A DNA stretch of 64,000 nucleotides, from assembly GCA_026770705.1 (NCBI GenBank), contig JANJGN010000034.1:6262001-6326000 (forward strand). The letters are read 5' to 3'. How positions within the stretch are numbered: position 1 is the stretch's first letter; each line of letters begins with the position of its first letter. A program made the translations under genes and the position numbers. The notes below the pieces were generated by a model, which saw only the letters and a list, made by a program, of their open reading frames with translations, made no database searches and had not been told where the DNA came from. The stretch comes from Isurus oxyrinchus. Taxonomy: Eukaryota. Below, in pieces: positions 12,950-25,229 of the stretch.

Positions 12950-15854
12950 GTACCAAAAAGAGTAAACTGAAGGCTGTGTATCTGAATACACATTATACAT
13001 AAAAAAAGTAGTTGAATTGGTGGTCCACATTGAAGTAAAATCATATGATTTCACACGAAATACGGCTGTATGGCTGCAGAACGACAAGAATTTTGCTCTG
13101 AATATTGAGGCGTACATGGCATCGAAGGAGTATAGGAAGCAAGCTAAACGTGGAGGTTTAGCACTGCTAATGAAAGAGGTACTTTGTGCAATAGTTAGAT
13201 GTGACTTTGGTTGAGGAGTTGATGATGTAGAATAAGTTTGGGTGGAGATGAGGAATAATACGGGAAACAAGTCACTAGTTAGAATGATGTATAGGGTTCC
13301 AACCAGTAGCCACAGTGTCGGACAAGTTATTCAATGGGAAATATTCTGCTTGTTATTAAGAGTTGACAATAATCGTGCCTGATTTTAATCTACTTATAAA
13401 CTAGAATAATCGGATTGGCAGTATTAGCCTGGAAGCGGAGTTCTCAGGATGTTTTCGAGATCGTTTCTCAGAACAGCATGGTCTGGAACCAAAGAGGGAG
13501 CAGGTTACATTAGACTTGGTATTGTGCAATGTGACAAAATTAACTAATGACCTCAAAAATGACCTCTTAGGTAGCAATGACCACAGTATCATTGAATTTT
13601 GCATTCAGTTTGAAAGGGAATAGATTGGGTCGAAGTCTATTACGTTAAATTTAGATATGCGCAACTCTGTAGGCATGGAAGCTGAATTAGCTGAAATGGA
13701 TTGGGATGCTATTGCCTAGGCGACATATCAATAGAGAAGCAGTGGCAGGCATATAAGGGACAATTCAGAATATTCAGAATGAGTACATTCGTAACATAAT
13801 GAAAAATACTCAGGGGAGGACCCACCATCATTGGTAAACTAAAGATGTTAAGGAAGGCATCGACCGTAAGGATAAGTGGATATAACACACAGAGATATGG
13901 CAGGGCAGATGATTTGTCAGAATACAAAGAATGGCAGAAACATACTGTAAGGTTAATGAGCAGAAATACTTTCAATATTAGAGGAAGTTAGATAGAAAAG
14001 TAAAAAGCGATTGCAAGATTTTCTGAAAGTATTTAATAAAGGAAAAACATAAGTTATGTGAGTGTTGATCGTCTAGAGATTGACTGAGGTGAGTTACTAA
14101 TACATAATAAGGAAATGACCGAAGCATTGTACTTTTTTAGCTTCTCTTTTCACTACAGTGAATGTCAAAAATATGCCAGTAATAGCTTCAGATCAGGAAA
14201 CGAAACGGAAGGAGGAACGTGGTGAAACTGAAATCGTTCAGTAACCGGCACTGAGAAAGGGCATGGAGCATCGGGCTGTCAAGTCTCCGGTTCCTGATGG
14301 GCAACATCCTAGGGTCTTAAAAGTGTTGGATAATGAGTGGTGGCTAATAATAACTTTTCAAAATTCGATTGATTCTGCAAAGGTTCCATCACGCTGGAAA
14401 GTAGCAAATAAAACCCCTGTAATTCAAAAAGGGAAGGTGGCATGAAACAGGAAACTATCGGGCAATGAGCTTGACGTTGGTCGTGGAGAATTTGGTAGAT
14501 AAGGAGAATATAGCTGACCACTTAGCAAATATAAAAAAAAATCGGGAAGTGTTTACATCCTTTTGAAGAAGGAAAGAATTGTTCATCCAATTTATTAGAG
14601 TTTTTAAAACGAGTAACGTGCACTTATAGATTAGAGGGAACGTGTAGATATAGTGTACTTGGATTTCCAGAATGCATTCAGCAAGGTGCCACATCAAAGG
14701 TTATTGAGAAAAATGGCAGCTCATGGTGTACGGGTAACACATTAGATTGGACAGAAAGTAGGCATGCAGGATGAAAACAGGGGGCATGCAATTATGTTTT
14801 TTTTTGGATTGGCAGGAGGTGGCGAGTGGAGTACCGCAAGGGTCTGTGCCTGATGCTTAACATTTTTTTTTCAATTTATATCAATTATTTAGATGAGGCC
14901 AGCGAAGGAATGCTCAATAGATTTGCAGATAACGCAAAGACAGGCACGGAATTATGTTGCGAAGAGGACATTAGGAGGTTGCAGGCGGAGATAAATTGGT
15001 TGAGTGAGTGGACAAAGATCTAGCCAACGGAGTTTAATGTGGCAAACGGAGTAGCTTTTAAATTTGGAAGGAAGAATAAACAGCTGAGCTTTACTTATAT
15101 AGAGAACGGCTGCATAATATTGAGCTGCAGACAGATCTAAGTGTCTAGCGCATGCGTCACAAAAAAGTAAGCATGCAGGTACAGCAAGTGATTTATAAGG
15201 CTAATGGAATAAAATTCTTTAAAGCGAGAATAAACTAAGAATGTTATGCTACAGTTATAGAGGGCATTGCAGAAACCCCATCGCGAATACTGTGTGCAGT
15301 TTTGGTATCATTATTTAAGGAAGGATGTAAATGCAATGGAGATAGCTCAGAGGAAGCTGTCTAGATTGTTGCCGGGAATGAGCGGCTGCCTTTTAAGGGA
15401 AGGTTGGACAGACTTGGCTTGTTTCCTCTGTAATGTAGAAGAGCGAGGAGTGATTTTATATCGAAGCATACAACACCATCAACGACCTTGAAACGGTAGT
15501 CATGGAAATAATGTTTCCATTTGTGACAAGACAAGGATTGGAGGAACTGATTTAAACTCAAGGCTCCCCTTTTTATACCAGAGAAAACGAGATTTTGTTT
15601 CCTCTGTCAGAGGGTTGTGCGACTTTGGAATTCCCTGCCTCAGAACGCGGTGGGGACACGGTAACATAATATTTTTTTTTAAGGAAGAGTCAGTTAGGTT
15701 ATGTTTTGGCAAGGGGATCAAAGATTATCGGGGGTAGATGGGAGTTCGATATTTGAAAAAAAAAAACAGATCAGCCATAAACTTATTCAATGGCAGAGAG
15801 GCTCGAGGTGCCAAATGGCCCACTCCTCGTCTGCTTTCTTATGTTTCTTATGTT
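12950..15854 (+). mobile_element. Near-complete but decayed CR1 LINE ORF2 plus 3' UTR
   Basis: Endonuclease N-terminus (ORF 13017-13214), gtgtacttggatttccagaatgcattc = VYLDFQNAF, IYINYLD...RFADNAK (14826-15023), EYCVQFWYHYLRKD (15267-15491), ttcttatg-type tail at ~15836-15854; many stops and frameshifts. Confidence 0.9.
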
Positions 15855-15869
15855 TTCAATTTGCACGCA

Positions 15870-18180
15870 TGTATACCAACATAATGGGAAAACAGCATGT
15901 TATACATAAAGTGAAGAGAGTGCTGATTGGTTGGGAAGTTGCCTCTGGTTGCTAGAGGTGGCGCCAAGCAGAATGCACTAGTGAAAATTACTCACAGTTA
16001 ACTTACAAGCATTGCTTGAAAGTTAGACCAAGCAGCTTGATCCTGAGTCGTCGAGTCAGTGCTCAGAAGATTGAGTCAACTTTAACTTATTTTGCTCGGC
16101 TGTAACAAGCCCAGCCTTTGCAAATTTTCTTTCAGCCTGTATGGAACAGGGTTCTCTGTATTGATATATCTATTTCCAGTACGCACAGTGTGAGCCACAG
16201 TGACAATCTTAAATCGGCTATTAGCCTAATTCTTAGAATATTGAGGAATGGGTCACAAATGTTGTCCGATTCTCGATTCACAACTAATGTTGGATATTGT
16301 TTTTTGAGTATTGCCAGCATGGGTTACTTGTGTATGATCTGTGCCTTGGTCTTGGCGAACAAAGGCTATGACATGCAGCTCAGTACGATCTGCCAATCTT
16401 TGGTGTGTATGGCCAATATACCTAGCATCACACTTGCACTGAAATTCGAATATCACATCAGTTTTTTGTGTGATAAGCAAAACATCTTTTTGATTTGGCC
16501 TCAGCATTCTGTTAATGGCGAACGCCAAACGTGTTTCTATTGCATAGTAGGAGTATGAAACAGCTAGCTGCATCTATGCTCAACAATTTGAGATAATTTG
16601 CCTTTCTAGGCTTACCTGAGGTCGCCTGTGCACTTTTCATAGTCGATAGTGACAGCCGGGGCATGTTCTTTAATTTCTGTGATATCAAGGGGAAATGATC
16701 TCATCAGGTTAGACATTATCCTTCAGGATGGCACTGATGGTCCCTATTTCAGTATCAAGTAGGGAGCCCTTGGCTGATTTTCCACCTAAAACGTCAAGAA
16801 GGGGAGTTAATTTGCCTGCTCCAATTTCATAGGTGAATTTGAGGGCCAGATGAAGCCCATTAAGATATGCAAGATATTCATTACTTGCAGACTTTAATAT
16901 AACAAACGTACCAACCACATATCAGAAAGATTCGAGTGGCAGGAAGTTGGGTGTCATTCCACCTAAGACATGTTTCCTATGAAACAAAGCAAAATATTTG
17001 CGAGAGCTGCACCTAGAGGGGATTCGATGGCTACACCACCTATATTTGCATAGTTGGTGCATTAAAACTGAAATCAACAGGGCAACTTACCGATTCGATA
17101 TGCCCAAACAACATTGCTTCACGCAAAGGTGGAAGGCCGTTATGAAACGGGAGCTCCAATATACATGGCCTCCATGGGTGGAAAATTGATGAATCGGCTG
17201 ACAATGTAAAAATGACCACGGGACAAAGCACTGAAAAGCATATATAATTCCCATAGGACCTTCACAAACTTGAAGGAATCCTTCACCCTGCATGTGGAAA
17301 AATTGGTCAAAAACTGGTTGTAAAAATTCACCTCACTTTATTGGCAATTCATGTTGCACAGAAATGGTCATAGGAAGATCAGGGGCTTCACCTTTGTGTG
17401 CCTTGGGTAGCCTATACATATGCAAATGCAGCGAACTGTGAGGGTGAATCCTGCCACATATATGACGATGCCTTATCTCTCTTAAGACAAGTAAAGCAAC
17501 CTTTAGGTAAAAGCAAAGAACTGTGGATGCTGGAAATCCAAAATAAAAACTGAACCAGAAATACCTGGAAAAACTCAGCAGGTCCGGCAGCATCCGCGGA
17601 GAAGAAAATAGTTGATGTTTCGAGTCCTTATGAAGGGTCGTGAGGATTCGAAACAGCAACCTTTAGTTTAGCTTGCTTTTGGGCATGCCTGTCCGGTCAT
17701 GATGCGTGGCGTGTCCAATAGATAGAAATTTGGAACCAGCATTATGGAAGGCTTGAATATTGTTCATATAGTCACGTTGTCTATCCCTGTCAATTTTCAT
17801 TGTTTACTGATCTATATATCCGGGATGGTCTTAAGGTGGTAAGAAGTCCACGTTGCAGGTGAAAGTCAGGCTGCTCATTCGGAATCCTGCAAAATACACG
17901 TGCTAGAACAGCTAGGCTCGCTTTCCAGGGTTCAACGTCTTCAGTGGGTGCTGGTTGCTGGCGGCATCTTCTCAGGAAATAAATTTTGCTGTTTGATTCT
18001 TAATGGAGGACATGACCATAGAAACCATGTGCAAGAACAACCTCCTTTTTTTCCTTGAGTGCATGGCCAGAGAGGCTGGATACCTGCTTACAATCATTGT
18101 TGGTTGAGTTGGTAAGCCGCTTATTCTTAAGTGAGGTTAGGGTGCAGACAGTTTCTAACGGGTACTGTTTATAGTCAGGT
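15870..18180 (-). mobile_element. Decayed Penelope-like element (RT + GIY-YIG endonuclease)
   Basis: ORF 16253-16573(-) DVIFEFQCKCDARYIGHTHQRLADR is GIY-YIG-like; the paralog ORF 57481-57738(-) GVAIESPLRPALANI resembles the PLE RT motif G.AMGSPL.P.LANI. Confidence 0.85.
17507..17654. mobile_element. Short non-autonomous insertion with 12-bp target-site duplication, nested in the Penelope-like element
   Basis: AGCAACCTTTAG at 17495-17506 and 17655-17666; body ggatgctggaaatcc...ctggaaaaactcagcaggtccggcagcatc also recurs near 25010 and 29130; paralog at ~58030-58177. Confidence 0.8.
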
Positions 18181-19135
18181 AATCAGGTGAAGCCACATAG
18201 TGGCATAAATGGATGATATCTACCCTTTTGCTCACAATGTAAGTTTGATACGATAATACAGCACTGTATATCATGCAAACTAATGAACGGGATTAAGGGC
18301 GTCACTTTCGGCCATGAATTGTGTTCTCTCGAACTCAGATTACCATGGAAGAGCAAGTTATCTCAAATAGTTTTAGCAATAGTTGTAGATACCTGATTCA
18401 CACCTCTACAATGAAATGGCAACACAAATGGTATTCATCACCAGCAGGACGCTATCGCCAATTCAAAAAGATGTTCTGTATATGAAACAAATGAATAATG
18501 TGATACAGGAGTTTCAGTGCCAGTGCGATTCTAGGTATGTAGGCCCTGTGCCCCAAAGACTTGCAGACCATAAAAATCAGCATGTCGCAGCCACTTTTCG
18601 CAATGAGCATTGTACAGACAGGACACAACCAGCCCACCCTGTCAAAACACAAAGCACAGTATCAATCATTAGATACGATTCCATGATCGGACAGCATAAG
18701 TTAAATAATCCTCAGTGTGCTAAGAATTACACTGACCACCAATTTCAGTATGTCAGCTGGCCGCTGTTGTGCGTACTAGGAAATAAATGTATTAATTCAC
18801 ATGGGCCTTATTCTTTGCAGACAGAAGGAACTTGTAGACACATTGCAGCAGGTTCAGCCAAACAAAATACATTACAACCATTCGCTGATTCATTCGTCAG
18901 GGCCATGCCTTGAACAATCAGCGTTAAGCTGCCTGGTGTGAACTTCAGGCAGTGCTTGGCTGCTGACTGCCATCACCATCACTGGCGCATTCACCATAGC
19001 AATGTTTCTACAATCAGAATTCACTTGCCAAGCAATTACATTTTTTACACGAACAGATAAACTATTGTGTCCTCTTATGCTGGTATCCTACAGAAGTGTC
19101 CAGATGAGTGAAAAAAGTAAAACTTTTGCATTTCG
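18180..19135 (+). mobile_element. Inverted 3' portion of Penelope-like element (GIY-YIG + 3' end; pseudo-LTR-like)
   Basis: ORF 18416-18913(+) NVIQEFQCQCDSRYVGPVPQRLADHKNQHV is the same domain as 16253-16573 on the opposite strand. Confidence 0.8.
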
Positions 19136-20650
19136 CTTTTTTCAGCAATACTCCAGGTCTGTACTAACATGCGACCAATTACGGACATTGTTGCTATTAC
19201 TATCACCGGGCCAGAAATATGCCTTAGGAAATGCTACTGTTCGGCTGTCTGCATCAGATACAACAACAAGAACAACATTATTCATTCAGTGCCGTTTACT
19301 GAATTATGCTTCCCAAGGGACATATATGAGCTTGAAGAGAAAACAAGATCAGATATACCAAGCTGCACAAACAGATAATGAGAGAGGCGGCCACAAACAA
19401 GATAAACAGGCGCGTTTCAAAAAGCATCTACCAGGAAGAAAGAGTGATAGAAAGGCAGCTTGTCTTTAGGTGCGATAGCGAGCTCTTTAGGCCTTAGCAG
19501 TTAAAGCTGCTGTTTAGTGGAGCGATTAAAGTTGCTGAGGACAAGAACGTTAGAGTCACAAACATATCTTCGAGAAGTTGGAAGGCATGACAGGAATGTG
19601 ACATCATACCGAGGTTTGCAAACAATGTTACGAAATTATAAATTGAGGTGTTGCTTGAGCTCGAGTAATGTAGGTATTAGAGCAAATGAATAATGGATCA
19701 GCGCAATTTAGAGACAATAAGCAAACGTGTAACAGAGATTTGGGTGAGCAGAGGGTCATTTTGTTGAAGTCAGATATAAGATGAATTTCTGCTCCAACCA
19801 AGTAACCTGGAGGTGATCCCCATGCAGGCGACACCAGATAAATAGATTCTACCATATTCAGTGCACCTGCTCTATTACTTCGATATAGCATGCAACTTTA
19901 TTTTAAGCACAGTTAACCAAGTAGTGTTATGTGACATAGATATTTTGTTCTTAATTCTGACATGAGGTTCTGCGCAGAGCAGGCAACAATCAGGTCGGAT
20001 TGCAACAACCTGTTGTTTTAAGATAGCCCCTATAACGTTGCAAAATCTCCCTTGGCACTTCTCTGTCGAAATATTATGTAAACTATATGAGGAGATCGAT
20101 GGACTAAACGGCCCAGTGAAAGACCGTCTTTACATGGGCGACAATGCTAGTGCCGCCATGTAGGCGCAAGTTATTGTTTTAAGCAGCCTGGGGTTCCTCA
20201 GTACCATTTGAAGCACAAGTGGGTTCACATTAGTCTGGACCAAAACGTGCAATACCGTTCAAACCAAGTGAACTCAACAAAGCTTAACATCATGCAGGCG
20301 GTATGATACTGTTCGTCTTTCAGTATCAGACAAGGCTCGTTTTTGCATAGTGATATATTAAAGCGGAAATGCCTTAGTCACTTTTGCTTTTTCACAAGCT
20401 TTAAGCGACGCCTCAATGGAACAATGTGCTGAACACAACATTTTTCACTGAAGGGATGCTGGGGATCCTAATTGACTGGATATCAAATTCTACAAGTAGC
20501 AATCCATGCATCTGGGTGTGTTCAATTGTATTCGTTCAGACCCATCGAGTACTATGAACCATTATTACTTTATTCCGATCTGAACTATTATTAATCGCTC
20601 CAGGTGCACGGAAGATAATATTTCAACCTCTCCCTTTTCCTCAATTCCAG

Positions 20651-20686
20651 CTATGGAGAAGCTGAAACAGAATATTAATGATCTAG
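20651..20686 (+). CDS. Micro-exon E5 (36 nt): AMEKLKQNINDL
   Basis: ttttcctcaattccAG|ctatggagaagctgaaacagaatattaatgatctag|GTgggt; paralogous to E19 (61206). Confidence 0.88.
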
Positions 20687-21229
20687 GTGGGTGAACGTTA
20701 TTGAGCAATGATCCATTATAAACCTGAAAAACTGTTTCCCTGTTTTACTTTATTTGCCATACTCTACGTAGCCAACTTGTGCAAAGCAACACATGAGCTG
20801 TAAGAATTGTTTCATTTCCTGTTGCTTAAGAATAAAGCAACAGTATTGCTCCGATTGATAAATACCAAATGGATGCACAGTTAACAAAATGCTTGTTCAT
20901 TTATGGCATTCAAACTTATATCTGTATATTTTCATCAGTCAATTAAAGTAGCCTTTGTCTGTCTGTTTTAGCGCTAATTGTGTCATTTTCGACACTGAGA
21001 TAAAAGATGGTGGCCTAAACCCACTCCAGAGACATGAGCATGCATCCTAGGCGAACAGGCTCGCACCCATTATTTCAGCAGTTCTGCATGGTAGATCTTC
21101 CATGTCCCAGTCTGTCCTCTGAGGTGGACTTAAAATGATTCACTGCACTATTTCTAAGTGAAGCAATGGCGTTCGGCATCCTAAAATGGTCAATAGTTTT
21201 TCCTTCAAATAATAACAGTAAAACAGTAC

Positions 21230-22800
21230 ATATGAGCATTCACCTCCTTTCTGTTTATAGGAATATAATCATGATCTCCGTGTCCTCGAGATCTTCCGAC
21301 TTGCGTCCCTGTTCCCAAATAAGGGCTACGAAATTCTGCAGCCTTGGCACCGCCATATTTTACAATTTCGGCAGTGTTCACATCTTCATCAGGAAATTAG
21401 TTGTTTTTCAACCGTTGAATCGCTTTTTGAATTTCACTCCAAGGCAGAGTGCGATGGGCTACAGTGGAATGGAGTTGAGGGCGCTCAAGTCAGAGGCTGA
21501 ATATCTGTTTAGGAGTCCTTTCAAATGTTCTCTTCAGTGACCACTGAATTTGTCCCTATCCTTGATGAACTTACCTCTAAGCTTGGCTCTCAGCAGTTTG
21601 CACCCCTGAGTGTTCATGTCATAAACCCTCTTGACAACGATAGAGAAAACAAGGATTTTGTTGGTGTCGGTGGGCTGCAGGATCTCCCATAATTTTCATA
21701 ATCACCATTGTTCATCATGTGGCGGCCTTTATGTTGTACCGCTGCCTTCAACCACATCTAGGGCTGTTGCATTTCTCTTATTTTATAATCAAGTTCCCTT
21801 TTAATGAAACGTTTGAGCATATGTTGGATTAGATCTGGTATCTCTATGACACTTTCGCAAAACCAGTCATGATGTTTCCTGGTAGATAGGGTATCTTCAC
21901 AGATATTTCATATGGTCAACTGTAGTTTGAGCAAGCAGAACGGGCACTCTTGTAGCTCCCTTTGGCTGCACGTTGACAGGTTGAAAGTAAGGCGCTGACT
22001 GAGAAGTGCAACCTTGTTGGGACCTGTGAACTCTTCGATATTAATTTTCTTGCAGTATTGCTTTTTTCCTCCACTATTTGTGGGGATGGGGTGGGGTGCT
22101 TGCAGACTTGGGAAGCAGACTGGATATTGCAGTGATTGGTTCAGCAGTTGTCAGTATCTGACATTGCAGACTTGATGTGCACATCGCTGTTAAAGTTCAT
22201 GAGTAACGTTTGGACTATGGGTCTTGCCATGAGAACATTCTGCTCATATCACTGGCAGCACAGAGTGTTGATTATGGCAAGATTGTGTCCTAGGCATTTT
22301 TCCAGGAGTGCTCCATTGGGGTTTGCTTTCCTACTCGCTTCTTGCCTATCACACCCTTCCAGACATTCGTGAACATCCAGACACTGGCATTGTAATATCT
22401 GAGGATGATTAATAGGCTGTGATGTAGCCTATTAACTACTAAAGGTTTTTCAACAATCTTTGTTGTCTTTCTAATCTGTTGCCTCAAGTATATGTTCATA
22501 GACACAGGCACACTAATTCTTCGTTAGGGTGAGTCTAGAATTCATAAGGCGCACACATATCCCACACAGGTGAGTAGTAAATAGCTGAGTAGTAGTAGAC
22601 AAAGATGTCCATTTTGGCTTGTGAATCCAACTTAGTGAAGGCATCTTCATTTACGGAAGATCTTTCCAGAAAATAATATACTCGCTGCCTTATTCCTTCA
22701 GTCGGCTTTCTCTTGCCAGCTGAGTCTAACCTTTAGATCTCGATGTCCGTTTCAAGACTTCAGAAGCACATAATTATCAGTAAACCACGCTGGACGTATT
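21230..22800 (-). mobile_element. Decayed RTE-clade (BovB-like) LINE fragment, endonuclease and linker region
   Basis: ORF 22290-22511(-) and paralog ORFs 62835-63026(-) NLIIPGYFNASI..WKVLTGNKRVGK (cf. LILLGDFNARVG..W.GVIG..GVGK) and 62140-62520(-) RKHHDWFGKRGNEI (cf. RKHQDWFDEND.EI). Confidence 0.75.
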
Positions 22801-23090
22801 CTAGGCGCATAAGGCTTTACAATAATTGAGGCCTCTGTATCTTGGCTATTTTTTCATATATTTTTAGCCATTCTGACAATCTTCAGTTACTTTCTTTCCT
22901 TCCTGGTTTCCAACTTTGTGCTTTCTCTTCTCACATATTTTCTTTTGGAGGTTGCTTGCCAATTTACAGACAATCTCTAAACATTGTCCAAAATTATCTG
23001 CCAACCACAAACCTTGCAAATGTATACACGGTGACTGTGAGTAATCTTACTGTTCATGTACTAATCCTATTTTGCATATGTTTCAATTAG

Positions 23091-23117
23091 ATCAAAAATT
23101 GATCCATAAGGAGACTG
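23091..23117 (+). CDS. Micro-exon E6 (27 nt): DQKLIHKET
   Basis: atgtttcaattAG|atcaaaaattgatccataaggagactg|GTaatt; paralogous to E20 (63657). Confidence 0.82.
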
Positions 23118-25229
23118 GTAATTACGTGCATAAGGTTCATTATCTTAAATAAAACGTGAATATGTTATTTAAATGTGAATAATTCCATTCAAAGTGGTTG
23201 CACTTGGTCAAGAAGTTTTAGGTTTCTTCTTTATGATTCATTTACCTTGCAAAGCACTCTTCTGTTGATAAAAACTGACACTTCCCCAGTTAGAGTCTGT
23301 CGCAGCAAATGCAAAAGAAGATAACAGTTTATTTGTGCAGGTGCTCTGTCTTTGAAATTGCAATTATGCCTCATTCACTTCAGTCAAGTACAGAAGAGAA
23401 AAGGTTTCATAATGACAAGGGTGTATAGCGTACAGAATTGCATTGAGATTTATTTATACATGCTGCCCAATAAGTGATTGCTATTTCCTTTGTGGACTGT
23501 AAATCACATCATATATCAGAACGATTGTGGTGGGAGTGATATTCTTGCTTAGTCAGCAGTGTCAAATTTCACCGCTCCATGTCCCAAGCACATTAAGAGT
23601 TAAGGACAGCGGACCATGGTTATCCGAATATCGACCTTTATCTAAGCACCCATTACCTATCTTTTAAAAGTATCTAATTAACTTTCTAGTTGACCAGTGA
23701 GGGATTTGACGTGGACAGATCCTTCAAGGTAGTAAGGCAGTTGGATAATGTGTTTAAGGAGGCATATGGAATCGATTAATTTATTAGAAAATAACTCAGT
23801 GCTTGAAAAGCTTGTGGAGACAGAAATCCTCAACTCTTTTAAAAGAATTTTGGATATTTACCCGAACTGCTTTAAACTGCAGGGCCACCGACCAAATACT
23901 GGGAAGTGGGATTAGGGGCTACGTGGCTCTATTATTCGGCCAGCAGAGACACCATGGGCCAAGTGGCATCTTTCTATGCCTTTTCCGTTCTATGATTCTA
24001 ACTTGCGATGAAGCCATTACTTGCATTTGACTATCGGTAACGTCATTTTCTTTGCCATTCTCTACCAAAAGTCCTCTGTTTTGGTGTAGTTTCGTAGACT
24101 TTTCAGGCTTGTTACTCCATCTAAAGAACCTCGGTGTAAAACCAGTCCTCCTTACTACAGTGTCCAGAATCTGCCGCATAATCGGCTAATAAATAAAGGC
24201 AAAGTATGTGGAATAAAGGGGCGAATGCCATAATGGATTGTTCGTTGGTTTCAATATAGAAAACAGAGAGTGCATTCAAATGGTAGTTATTCAGGGTGGC
24301 AAAACGCACAAATTGGTTTTCCATTTGGATTAGCGAAGGGACTATTAATGTTCACAAATCACATTCATGATTTGGATATTGAACTCCAAACGATTTCTCA
24401 ATGCACAGATGGCACAGAATTTGGCGGGTTGGTGGCGGGGGGGTGGGGGGGGGGGGGGGTTGCAGGGATGGGATTGTTGCGTTACTGTGAAGGTCGGCAA
24501 CAATTTACAGGAGGTTAATATTAAAATTACATTCCATGCAAATAACTGACAAATGAGCTTCACAACATGAAATCATCATTATGGCATACATAAAGAATAT
24601 TCGGGTTATCAAGTGCAGGCTGGTTCTCTGCCTCGCAATCTGGACAGCCCACCTGTACCATTCCATTTTCATATCTCTCCAAGTGAATTTCACTGAAGTT
24701 TCCATTAAATTCGCTTTTGAAATACTTGATCGCCTTTGCTTCCACCACATCATCAGAGCTCGAGCTGAAGTCAACAGAGATCTGAGTGTAAAAATAAAAC
24801 TTTCTTTCATTCCCTCTGCCCCTCTTATACAAACGGCACACGTGTCGCCCATGTTTTTTCCATTATTGGACACTGGGTACAGCCTCCCTTTCTGTCCAAC
24901 TTTTTGAATCTTTTAATTATCTTTTCCAATTGATGCAAGGTAAACGGGAGTTTCTTCGACCTGCAAGAGAATCCCCCCAAAAAAGTAAAAAACTGCCACA
25001 ATAAAAATGCTGAAAAACATCAGCAGGCTTGGTGTCATCTGTACAGATATCAACAGAGTTCAAGTTTCGAATCCAACATGGCTCTGGCTCGTAAATGCAT
25101 TGGAAACATTTACAATCCGTTCTGGCTCATTTAATTAAGTTTAGAACACTGCAAGAGCCTGCAAACCTTTCCCATGTTTATTACCTCTAAAAGCTTATTG
25201 GAAATAGATGTGCAACCAAATGATCAACA

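Larger units (their letters stand above)
1..23450 (+). repeat. Large tandem (intragenic) duplication, copy 1; begins upstream of window
   Basis: Colinear with 34321-64000: 1-60 vs 34321-34380 differ at 9/60 positions; anchors 5637/45304, 10455/50978, 20651/61206, 23091/63657; same TE fossils in same order. Confidence 0.97.

Noticed and set aside
18416-19469. Longest ORFs in the track (165 aa at 18416-18913, 155 aa at 19002-19469) as host genes
   Set aside because: The first is a Penelope GIY-YIG remnant; the second is not kept open in copy 2 and has no recognisable domain
24107-24133. 27-nt open segment ttttcAG|gcttgttactccatctaaagaacctcg|GTgtaa (GLLLHLKNL)
   Set aside because: Right size and phase, but the donor is poor, the peptide is hydrophobic rather than charged, and it would place two 27-nt exons in a row after E6
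24437-24459. G-run (G7-T-G15) as a functional G-quadruplex
   Set aside because: A simple homopolymer inside a decayed LINE fragment with no sign of function; its length is error-prone
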